Source of the DNA: an uncultured cyanobacterium
Lineage (GTDB): Bacteria > Cyanobacteriota > Cyanobacteriia > Cyanobacteriales > CAWCAG01
NCBI GenBank assembly: GCA_963793425.1
Contig: CAWCAG010000001.1
Span: 192,001-256,000, forward strand
Direction of reading: 5' to 3'
DNA length: 64,000 nucleotides
In this document: positions 19,281-29,169 of the stretch, in pieces
Layout: every line of letters starts with the position of its first letter
Position numbering within the stretch: the stretch's first letter is position 1
Position numbers and translations under genes: made by a program
Notes under the pieces: generated by a model
Databases searched by the model: none
Told to the model about the DNA's origin: nothing
Seen by the model: the letters and a program-made list of their open reading frames with translations, nothing else

Positions 19281-22070
19281 CTACAGTCCATTACCAATCA
19301 GAATAAACGAGGCCCAGTAATAGGGATGGCTTAAACGATTTACCACTGCTGGATCTACACCATCGCGAAGTAGAATCTTCACAACTGGGCCGCGCTCTTC
19401 TCCTAAAGCTGTATAATCTCCAGTAATCAAGGCAAGTTGTGCCTGTCGCAAAGCTTCAGCTTTAGTAAAGTTGTTTTCCTGCAAAGCCCCATAAAAAGTA
19501 TTCATCAGTACTTGAGTTCCACCATCATTTACTTGCCAAAGAGAAGCGATCACAGCCCTAGCTTTGGTCTTTTGCATCTGATAACCTAAGCCAAGGATTT
19601 CCTTCCCATCCCCCAAGATATCTCCTAACCCCGTCTCACAAGCAGAAAGGACTACTAAGTCTACATTGGGTAAACTCCAGGTTTCAATGTCTTTTAGGGT
19701 AGCGTGAGTGCCGTCTCCGAAGACGATAAAAGATTCTTCAGGTTCACCAACAACAAACGCTGCATGGGTTGCCAGGTGAACGACGGAGTAGCTATTCATG
19801 TCGAGAATTGTTTCTTGGTTGAATTGGTCATCAAGTAGTTTGGTGGTTTCGGGAATCAGTTGGGTAAGCTTTTCTACCTCAACTCCAGCATGTTGCAAAC
19901 CCCTGAAGATATGTTCTTTGCCTCCTGCTTTAACAGTATGTTTCCCTTTGGTGAAGGCAGCAGCCAATATTTCTAAGTACGGCTGAGGCTTTGTATTAAT
20001 TTCAGTCAGACTCAAAGCCGTAATGTTGTTAACCCGGAAGTTTTCTGTCAACCACTGCTTGCCATCATAAAGGGCCGCTAAGGGGATGTAGCGCAATTGC
20101 CCATCAGGGGCATAGATTATAGTTTTAGCTTCTGCTGCGGTCAGGTCAGCTTCTAAAGGTTTAATCAGCCAGTTGTAGAGTTTCTGGGCTGGAACTTTAG
20201 GATTATTAAAAGGAGTTTGCAAAGCTTGGCGAAACTGGAGGATTGTTTTGTTAAGTTCTTCTCGTTTAACTTCAACAGTGTGATGGAGGGGAGGAGCATC
20301 GGGAGTAACTAGAATTAACTCTAAGCGCTCATCGAGAACAAGAGGGTAGAGTATGACTGCATTCTCTTGTAGGTCGTTGAGATTATCTTGTAAGGTTTTG
20401 GCTGTTTCTATATCAAAGTCTTCTCCGTCAGTATTTTGCTGCAACAGAGCTATTTTTTCCTGTACTTCTGGGCTTTTTAAAAACCCTTGAAACTCCTCAA
20501 GAATCTTTCCTTGCAGTTGCCTTATTTCCCTGATACGCCGTTTTTCAGCCTCACTTCTGCTGGAAACAGGTTTGATACTGTCTAGCTTGCTGAGTTCTTT
20601 ACCCAAAGCAATCGCTCGATTAAGTATTTCTTCCGTACCTTGCCGTATTCCCCTCTCAATGGGACGTTCAACTACTCCTTTCGCAGTGTCTTCACTACCA
20701 CGCACATTGCCGAGATAATCATCAAGTTCTTGCACTTTGAGCAGATCCAGGACTTGTTGGGCTTCCAGGATGCGATTTCCTTGCAGGAGGAGGTCTGCAA
20801 GGCGGCGATAATCGTCGGCTACGGTGTCTGTGTAGGATTGTTGTTGTTCTTTGCTTAGTCCTTTGTTATCTGTCCTAATTGCTTCCCGGATATTGACAGA
20901 CTGTTTGTAGAAAATAATCGCTAGTTCGGGTTGGTTTTGTGCTTCTAAAAGTAGGGCAATATTACTAAGGTTTGTTCCTTCTTTAGAACGCTCTTCTATT
21001 TCCTGAGAGATTGCTAAGGATTGTTGATAAAACTCCATCGCCTTCTGGTATTCTCCTAGAGAACTATAAACTTCCCCCAGATTGTTAAAGGAACTAGCAA
21101 TTCCAGAGCGATCGCCTATATCCTGTTTAATAGCCAAAGATTGTTGATGAAACTCTACTGCTTGCTGATATTCCCCTCGTAAATAGTAAACTTCTCCTAA
21201 ATTGTTGAAAACTTTAGCAACTTCTGCTTGCTCATCTATTTCCTGGAATATTACTAAGGATTTTTGATAAAATTCTATGGCTTTTTGGTATTCCCCCATA
21301 AATTTGTAAGCAATACCTAAATTATTCAAAGAACTAGCAACCCCAGATTGATCACTTTTTTCTCGGAATATTACTAAGGACTGTTGATAAAATTCTATCG
21401 CTTTTTGATATTGACCTAAAAGAGAGTGAAGTTCTCCTAAATTGTTGAGTGCTTTAGCTAATTGTGCATAGTCATCTGTATCTTGGAATATTTTTAAAGA
21501 CTGTTGATAAAACTCAATCGCTTTTTGATATTGACCTAGAGATTTGTAAGCAATGCCTAGATTATTAAAAGAAGCAGCCTCTCCAGAAAGATTGTCTGTT
21601 TCCTGGAATATTTTTAAAGACTGCTGATAAACTTCTATCGCTTGTTGGTATTCATTTTGTAGTGAGTAGAGTCCCCCCAAATTGTGTAGAATATAAGTCT
21701 GTTCCGAAGTATCTTCTATTGCTTGGGCGATTGCCAAAGACTCTTCAAAAAAGGCGATCGCTTCTGGATACTGCCCCAAAGATGCGTTGCCAATACCCAA
21801 ATTATTTAAGGACTTAAGCATCCCCAAAGAATCGCCTATTTCTTGATAAATAGCCAAAGACTTTTGCCAAGACTCTACAGCTGCTTGAAACTGACTAATT
21901 TTATACTGCTCTATCCCTTTTTTTCGTAGTCTATCAGCCTCTTCTTGCTGTTCACTGGAACCTTGAGCGATCGCTGGCAAACTAAATAAAGGTGCAGAAA
22001 AATTGGCAGTTACTACATCAGTAACCGCAAATATCATCAAGATGCCGAGGAGTTTTCTTGGTAGGTGCAT
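19281..22070 (-). CDS. TPR + CHAT domain protein
   Basis: About eight 40-aa TPRs, HLATHA, LSACETG, HPYYWASFILIGNGL. Confidence 0.92.
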   Translation of the reverse strand: MHLPRKLLGILMIFAVTDVVTANFSAPLFSLPAIAQGSSEQQEEADRLRKKGIEQYKISQFQAAVESWQKSLAIYQEIGDSLGMLKSLNNLGIGNASLGQYPEAIAFFEESLAIAQAIEDTSEQTYILHNLGGLYSLQNEYQQAIEVYQQSLKIFQETDNLSGEAASFNNLGIAYKSLGQYQKAIEFYQQSLKIFQDTDDYAQLAKALNNLGELHSLLGQYQKAIEFYQQSLVIFREKSDQSGVASSLNNLGIAYKFMGEYQKAIEFYQKSLVIFQEIDEQAEVAKVFNNLGEVYYLRGEYQQAVEFHQQSLAIKQDIGDRSGIASSFNNLGEVYSSLGEYQKAMEFYQQSLAISQEIEERSKEGTNLSNIALLLEAQNQPELAIIFYKQSVNIREAIRTDNKGLSKEQQQSYTDTVADDYRRLADLLLQGNRILEAQQVLDLLKVQELDDYLGNVRGSEDTAKGVVERPIERGIRQGTEEILNRAIALGKELSKLDSIKPVSSRSEAEKRRIREIRQLQGKILEEFQGFLKSPEVQEKIALLQQNTDGEDFDIETAKTLQDNLNDLQENAVILYPLVLDERLELILVTPDAPPLHHTVEVKREELNKTILQFRQALQTPFNNPKVPAQKLYNWLIKPLEADLTAAEAKTIIYAPDGQLRYIPLAALYDGKQWLTENFRVNNITALSLTEINTKPQPYLEILAAAFTKGKHTVKAGGKEHIFRGLQHAGVEVEKLTQLIPETTKLLDDQFNQETILDMNSYSVVHLATHAAFVVGEPEESFIVFGDGTHATLKDIETWSLPNVDLVVLSACETGLGDILGDGKEILGLGYQMQKTKARAVIASLWQVNDGGTQVLMNTFYGALQENNFTKAEALRQAQLALITGDYTALGEERGPVVKILLRDGVDPAVVNRLSHPYYWASFILIGNGL

Positions 22071-22127
22071 GATTTACTTTTTAGATTGACCTAATTAAGC
22101 GTCTTCTTCTCTCATTCCCCAACAAGT

Positions 22128-23144
22128 CTATATTAAATTAAGTTCATCAGGATTAATTCCCAACTCCCTTAACTTAGCAGCTAGTTTCTCTGCTTTTAAC
22201 CTCGCTTCAATCGCCTCCTGTTGAACTTCAATCGCCTCTTGTCTAGCCTCAAAAGTTTCCTGTTGAGCTTCAATCGCCTCCTGTTGAGCCTCAAAAGCCT
22301 CTTGTTGAGCTTCAATTGCCTCCTGTTGAGCTTCAATCGCCTCTTGTTGAGCCTCAAAAGTCTCCTGTTGAGCTTCAATCGCCTCTTGTCTAGCCTCAAA
22401 AGTTTCCTGTTGAGCTTCAAAAGCCTCTTGTCTAGCTTCAATCGCCTCTTGTTGAGCAACAATGACTTCTTCTTCTGGTATGGGGATTAATTCACCTTCT
22501 AGAGTTAACCACCGTAGCCACAATCTTTCTTTTCCCTTAAATTCCCCTTGCCAAGAACCTAAACTTAAACCCAATTCTGGCATTTCCAAACGCCCTTTAG
22601 TTAAATTAACTTCTTGGTACTTACCTTCCCTCAGTTGAAAGGCTTTGATTTGGTCTGTATACCGACTAAAAACGATGTAATAGGGAATTTTTAATATCTG
22701 TTCATATACTTCCCATTTTGTGGGGGGTTCCCCTTTCTTACTAGTAGTTTCTCCTAAATCTTCTGCTTCTGTACCAGGAGATAATAATTCCACTACCACA
22801 AAAGGATTAGCTTCCTCTTGCCAAGTTACATAACTCAGGCGCATATCTTTCCCTTCATACAATCTTTGCACTCCCACTGCCCCAAACCAGTCAGGGCGTT
22901 TGTACCACCGGGTATGTTTAAGGTCGTAGTAGAGATTCATATCCGTAGCGGAGTAGATTGCATCTTGATTCCAAGTGGTAGGAAGAAAGGTCAGATAAAG
23001 TAGTAAGGGTTGAAAAAAATGAAATTCGTCTGGCAAACCGGGTTCCTCTGGATTTTCACTCGGAAGATCATACATTGTCGGTAGCTCATTTCGAGGAGGA
23101 AGAATCTGTTGAGTGGATTTTGGGAAAAAAGCTGAAGAAGTCAT
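22128..23144 (-). CDS. Uma2 family protein with coiled-coil repeat tail
   Basis: LPTMYDLPSENPEEPGLPDEFH, KRPDWF, VVELLSP, LRELGINPD. Confidence 0.9.
   Translation of the reverse strand: MTSSAFFPKSTQQILPPRNELPTMYDLPSENPEEPGLPDEFHFFQPLLLYLTFLPTTWNQDAIYSATDMNLYYDLKHTRWYKRPDWFGAVGVQRLYEGKDMRLSYVTWQEEANPFVVVELLSPGTEAEDLGETTSKKGEPPTKWEVYEQILKIPYYIVFSRYTDQIKAFQLREGKYQEVNLTKGRLEMPELGLSLGSWQGEFKGKERLWLRWLTLEGELIPIPEEEVIVAQQEAIEARQEAFEAQQETFEARQEAIEAQQETFEAQQEAIEAQQEAIEAQQEAFEAQQEAIEAQQETFEARQEAIEVQQEAIEARLKAEKLAAKLRELGINPDELNLI
22206..22457 (-). repeat. 12 x 21-bp coding tandem repeat (AQQEAIE heptads)
   Basis: Units such as GCTCAACAAGAGGCGATTGAA repeated 12 times. Confidence 0.95.
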
Positions 23145-23309
23145 GAGAAGATTTTTATGATGTTGTTTAATTTTATGAGTTTAAGCAGGATTTGGCTTTA
23201 ACACGTTCAATTTAACCATCACTCGACTATTTAGGCTACCTCATGTAGTTTATTTATCAGTAACCAAGTTAATCTCAACGGGTCGCCCCTACGGTGAAAA
23301 AATGCTGGG

Positions 23310-23343
23310 GCGATCGCGAAGCGTCTCCACTCTTGAGAATCAC
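23310..23343. mobile_element. Degenerate HIP1-associated small repeat
   Basis: GCGATCGCGAAGCGTCTCCACTCTTGAGAATCAC. Confidence 0.45.
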
Positions 23344-23656
23344 AGCTAAGACATATTTGTAAATAATTATCTCAACGAGAGGATAATTGAGATAAATACA
23401 TCTATAAATAGTAATTCCAGTCGCACAATATCTTAAAGTAGGATGGGCAAAATCTAACCATCCGTCATCTAGAGCTTCCCTAATTAATCATCCGTCGTCA
23501 AAAACGGTATTAATTGAGGCTTAATGGTCTAGTTATCAAGAAATATTAAAATTAGCAGAAATTTCCTTAAGATAACGAGAAATTTTACTGTGGTTCCATC
23601 ATAACCCTAATATTCTACCGAACAAGATATTTGTCAATTCACCTTTCCCAATAGCC

Positions 23657-26600
23657 ATGAAATTTGCATCTTCCCCCTTCTGGTTAGCTTTAAGCTTAAC
23701 CAGTGCTATCTTCACTTTCCCTACCACGCCCAAATCACCCCTGACAAAACCCTTGGAAGAGAAACTTCTGTTGTTACTCCCCTAAACTCCCAGCTTCAAC
23801 GCCTTGACGGAGGTGCTTTGCGAGGAGTTAATCTCTTTCATAGTTTCTTAGAATTTAACATCAAAGAAGGTCATGGCGCTTATTTTGCTAACCCCGCAGC
23901 AGTAGAGAACATCTTTAGCAGAGTAACAGGAAACAACCCTTCCCATTTATTCGGAACATTAGGAGTATTAGGAGAAGCGAACTTATTCTTCCTCAACCCT
24001 AACGGCATCATCTTTGGTAGCAACGCAACCTTAGACTTGCAGGGTGCTTTTGTCGCTAGTACTGCTGATAGTTTTGTTTTTCCTGGAGGGAATGTATTTA
24101 GTGCCACCAATCCAGAATCTGCCCCTTTATTAACAGTGAGTGCTATTGCTCCTGTTGGTTTACAATTTGAAGGAAGTGGAGGAACAATAATTAACCAAGG
24201 AAACTTAGCAGTTAATGCTGGGGAGGGTTTGAGTTTAGTGGGAGGAACGGTGGTTAACCAAGGAATTTGTTAGCGCCGGGGGGAAACATTAGTGTAGTGG
24301 CAGTGCCAGAAGGGAGGTTAGTTGAATTAGGAAGTCAAGGAGAGGTTGTCGGTTGGCAGGAGTTAACGGCGAGTGTTACAGATGCAGTTGATATTAAATC
24401 GGGAACGGCGGTTATTTCTGGTGAAATTGATGTAGTTAATCAAGAAGGAATTGGGGGAGAGGTTCAAGTATTAGGGGAGATTGTAGAAGTTATTGGGGTA
24501 AAGATTGATGCTTCTGGGGTTGATGGTGGCGGTACTGTATTAATTGGTGGAGATTATCAGGGTAAAGGGGATGTCCCCAATGCTTTGCAGACTTATATTA
24601 GTGAAGATGTCTGTGATTATAGCTGATGGGTTAGGAAATAGTGAAGGTGGTAAAGTAATTGTCTGGGCAGACGAAACCACAAACTTTTATGGCAATGTTT
24701 CTGCCCGTGGTGCAGGTACTGGGGATGGGGGCTTTGTGGAGATATCAGGGAAGGAAACCCTGTTGTTTCGGGGAGAAGTTGATACTAGTTCTGAACTTGG
24801 TAATACTGGGGACTTTACTTCTTGATCCTGATAATATTACCATCGAAAATGGTAATGGTACTGGCGCTCCTCAAACCATCTCAGAAAGACAATTAGAGGC
24901 TCAGGCAAGAAGTAACAATGTTATTGTGCAAGCTAACGATACTATTACTGTCAAAAACCTCTTTGATAACGAATTAGATTTATCCGGGGGTTCAGGAATA
25001 GTAGTTTTTACTGCCGATGCAGATGGTGATGGTGTGGGTGACTTTGTGATGGAAGATACCGCAGATGCAATCCTGGCTGAGGAAAAGGATATAACCATTT
25101 CTGGGGTTAATATAACTACTGGTGAAATCAATACTGATTCCACTTCTTTCTTTTTATTCAGTGCAGGAGATGCAGGAGATATTAAGCTGGAAGCAACAGG
25201 AGATATCTCCACTAGCGATCTTAATGCTCGCTCTGTAGCCAATGGCTTGTTGGGAGATGCTGGATATGGAGGAGAAATTACCCTCAAGGCTGGGGGCGAT
25301 ATTTCTAGTAGTCAGGTTAACTCTGGCTCTGTTTCCCTTCGTGGAAATTCTAAGGATGCAGGAGTAGTTACCCTTGAAGCCGGGGGGAATATTTCAACAA
25401 CTCAAGTGTTTTCAGCCTCTGGCTCTTTCGGAAATGGAAACGTGGGAAGTGGGAACTTGATTACCATGAGGGCTGGAGGAGATATTATTGCCAGTGCTGG
25501 GGTTGCTTCAGGCTCCCTTAGCAGTGGAAATGGAAATGCGGGAGATGGCAGGGCTATCACATTGAAGGCTGGGGGTAATATTTCCACTGCTTATTTCCTT
25601 TCTGCTTCTTTTTCCAATGGAAATGGAAACGTGGGAAATGGAGGGGCGATTGATGTTGAGGCTGGCGGTGATATCTTTGCTAGTGGTGAGGTTAATTCTT
25701 CCTCTTATTCTACTAGAGATGGAAATACTCAACATGGAGGGACAATTGCCCTGAAAGCTGGCAGCCATATTTTCACTGGCATTGTTGACTCCAGATCTAC
25801 TTCTGTTGGAGATGGAGATACTCAATACGGAGGAGACATTTCTCTTAATGCTGGAAGTGATATCTCCACTAGTGGTACTATCACTTCTTCCTCTATTTCT
25901 ACCGGAGATGGGAATACTCAACGTGGGGGAGACATCCGCATTAAAGCTGGCCGTGATATATCCACTGGCACTATCACTGCTTCCTCTATTGCTTTTGGAC
26001 GTGGGGATTCAAGAGATGGAGGAAATGTTAACCTTAAAGCTGGTAGCAATATCTCCTCTGACTTTGCTATCAGTTCTGGTTCTATTGCCTTTGGAGGTGG
26101 AGACTTGGGAGGGGGAGGAGACATTAACATAGAAACTGCTGGAGGAGACATCAAACTTCCAACTAGGATAGGAAATGTCTTATTTCCTGGGATAGGAGAA
26201 GTAAGTAGTGCTGGTAAAACTGGAGGGGACATCAACATTACTAGCTCAGCTACTACTCTAAAATTGGATGACCTTTACATCTTGAGTGGAGGAAGTACAT
26301 CGGCAGGAAGCATTTCCATCACGGCTCCTGCCATGACTCTCAATAACACTCAAATACAGACTGGTCTTATACCAGAGGGAACATTTGGGAAAATTTCAGA
26401 TGGAGTAGTAGGAGATATTTCTCTCAATGCCCAAGAAAATATTACTCTCAATAGAAGTGGCATTACCGCCACCCTAGAACCGAGTACGAGAGGTCAAGTA
26501 GGTAAGATCAGCTTGGTTGCACCAACCCTCAATGTCAACGAATTCTCCCTCATTGAAACCACAACCTTTGGTGAAGGAAATGCTGGTGATGTAGAGATTA

Positions 26601-28567
26601 TGGTAAACAATCTCTTTTTAGATCGTAGCAATATTCAAAGTCTCACGGCTGGGGTAGGGAATGCAGGAAAAGTAAATGTTACTGCTAATCAAGCTGTTCA
26701 ATTAACCAACCAAAGTAATATTGCTACCGTTGCCAACTCTCGCTCTCAAGGGCAAGGAAACAATATTACCATTAACTCTCCCCAACTTTCTTTAACTGGA
26801 GGTTCCCAGTTGCAAGCGTTAACAAAGAGTAAAGGGGATGCAGGTAATGTTTTGCTGAATATCCAAGACAGACTAACCATCTCTGGTGTTAATGCAGAAG
26901 GTTTTCTTAGTGGTGTGTTTACTTCCTCCGGAGATGAACAAAATAGGAATACGGGCAAGGGAGGAGATATCACCATTAACAACTCTGGTACTGTTACCCT
27001 CAGTGACGGAGGAGTCTTAAGCGCCCAAACTTTTAGCAATTCCCCAGGAGGAGACATTAAAGTCAACGCCAACAGACTCAACCTACAAAGTGGAGGACAA
27101 ATTTTAACTAGTACCCTTAGTGGAGGTAAAGCAGGGGAAGTTATTGTCAATGCCAGAGAAAGTCTCAACATCAACGGCAGTGATCCTAACTTTGCTAATC
27201 GTCCTCAACAACCTAAATCTTTAAGACAAGGGGTACAAGCTACTCCTTTCAATCTATCTAAATTAATTACGGAAACAGAACCCAATAATAGTCCAGGAGA
27301 AGCTTTGTTTCTCAGTGATAATCTCTTTTCCGTTGACACTGTTAACAATCCTAACCCCAACGTAGAACTCGCTAACAAGATTCCTTATGTTTCAATCCAG
27401 GATCAAGGGGACAATACTAACACCTCAGACTATTATGCTCTTGAAGTGACAGCAGGAACAAGGGGGATCTTTGATATTGATAATGTCTTAAATGGCCAAG
27501 GTAAACCCATAACAGATAGTTCTAATGTGGAGAGTGTAGAGCTTTTACAAGTTCAAAATGGACAGTTGAAAGTGATATGGGAAAACCCATTTAGCCAAAC
27601 ATCTCTAGGTGCTGGGGGAAGTAACAGTACTTCTGATCCTTATCTCCGCTATACCTTTACTGAAGGTGGAACTATCTACCTCAAAGTTAACAAATCTACT
27701 AACGCTGTTCCCAATCAAAGCAACTATACCCTCAACATCTCTTTAGAAAGTCCCAATGTAACAGGTAGCAGCATTACTACTGGCGGTGCTGCTAGCGGCA
27801 TCTTTGCCCAAACTAATCCCGGTACAACGGGAGACTCCGGTAGTGTTTTTGTCAATACCCCAACCCTGAACATTAGAAATGGGGGACAACTTGCTGTTAA
27901 CTCTCAAGGAGATGGCATCGGAGGCAACGTTAACATCGCCGCAGGTGACATCAACCTGTTTAACCAAGGGACAATCACGGCTGCAACAGCAAGGACTAGT
28001 GGAGGTAACATCAACCTCAATGTTCCCGGTACAATCCTCATGCGAAACAACAGCCTCATTAGCGCGGCAGCAGGGGGTGATGGCAGTGGTGGCAACATCA
28101 CCCTCAATATTGGTTTTATTGTTGCAGTCCCCAATGAAAATAGCGATGTAATTGCCCGTGCTGCCCAAGGCAAAGGTGGTCAAATCATCATTAACGCCAC
28201 TGGGGTTTATGGCTTTGTTGGAGACAGTCGTTTCTTAACTCCCTTTTCTGATTTAAACGCTTCTTCTGATGTTGCGGGTAACGAAGGGACTGTGGAAATC
28301 GATGTAGATTTTGATGTTACTCAAGGGTTGAATAGTTTGCCCGATGATCGGGTGAATACGGAGGTTAATGACAGTTGTGAGGCGATAGAAAAAGATTCAA
28401 CAGTTGCCTTTTTTGATATTGGTAAAGGAGGAACTTTAGCTAACCCAGATGAGCCTTTAGATGCTGATAGTTGGGAATGGATTAGTTTAGAGGAAGAGGA
28501 AGTAGTTGCAGAAGAAGAAAAAGAAATTATTGCTAGAGTAGAGGTTGAAAAGCCGTGTGTATTTTAG
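23657..28567 (+). CDS. Filamentous haemagglutinin-like TpsA exoprotein (several frameshifts in first ~1.2 kb)
   Basis: Signal peptide MKFASSPFWLAL, AQITPDKTLG, NLFHSF, FFLNPNGIIFG TPS domain, Gly-rich beta-helix repeats; frameshifts near 23727, 24267, 24612 and 24810. Confidence 0.85.
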
Positions 28568-28604
28568 GTAATAAGTAATAGGTAATAAGTAATAAGTAAT
28601 AAGT
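28565..28604 (+). repeat. 7-mer tandem array TA(A/G)GTAA, left arm of a long inverted repeat
   Basis: TAGGTAA TAAGTAA TAGGTAA TAAGTAA TAAGTAA TAAGT. Confidence 0.95.
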
Positions 28605-28698
28605 TAAGAATGTTCTTTTAATTTTTGGTTTAGGAGTAATTTTGAAGTTATAGCTTGGTGATAGTTGTTTTGTAGTTGAAGAAGTGATGATTTTGATT

Positions 28699-29070
28699 AT
28701 GGGTGTTTCTCATTTAACTATTCAGGAGCGGACTGAAAATTTTGCTGTTCGTGTAATTAAAGCTTATTGTGAACTTAATAGGAGGAATTTTGATGATGCT
28801 GGAAAGATATTGGCGAAGCAGTTTCTTAGGAGTGGTACAAGTATTGGAGCTAATTGTGCAGAGGCAATTTATGCTCAATCTAACAAAGACTTTGTATCTA
28901 AATATTCTATTGCTTTAAAAGAAGCCTCGGAAACCCAGTACTGGATTAAAATCATGATTAAATCTCAACTTCTTCCCAAACAAAAGTTTTCAAATATGCA
29001 ACAAGAAATAATTGAAATAATCAAAATACTAACCACCACTATCAACAAACTGAAATCTAAGCAAGCCTAA
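28699..29070 (+). CDS. Four-helix bundle protein (23S rRNA IVS / Avd-like family)
   Basis: IQERTENFAVRVI, QFLRSGTSIGAN, SKYSIALKEASETQYW; ATG 28699 preferred over GTG 28684. Confidence 0.9.
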   Translation: MGVSHLTIQERTENFAVRVIKAYCELNRRNFDDAGKILAKQFLRSGTSIGANCAEAIYAQSNKDFVSKYSIALKEASETQYWIKIMIKSQLLPKQKFSNMQQEIIEIIKILTTTINKLKSKQA

Positions 29071-29126
29071 AAACCACCAAATACTTACTTGTTAATCCCT
29101 ATTAAAAATATAATGTAAAGTTCAAA

Positions 29127-29166
29127 ACTTATTACTTATTACTTATTACTTATTACTTATTACTTA
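29127..29166 (+). repeat. 7-mer tandem array ACTTATT, right arm of the inverted repeat
   Basis: (ACTTATT)5 ACTTA, reverse complement of 28565-28604 at 38/40 positions. Confidence 0.95.
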
Positions 29167-29169
29167 AAA

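Noticed and set aside
22206..22457. CRISPR array
   Set aside because: Contiguous 21-bp coding repeats without unique spacers; no cas genes.
22196..22490. Two 88-89 aa alternative-frame ORFs
   Set aside because: Artefacts of the 21-bp repeat.
24901..28183. Multiple minus-strand and alternative-frame ORFs within tpsA
   Set aside because: Shadow ORFs of a Gly/Ser-rich repetitive gene; no recognisable motifs.
28699..29070. Diversity-generating retroelement (Avd-like gene)
   Set aside because: No reverse transcriptase and no template/variable repeat pair differing at adenines was seen in the window.
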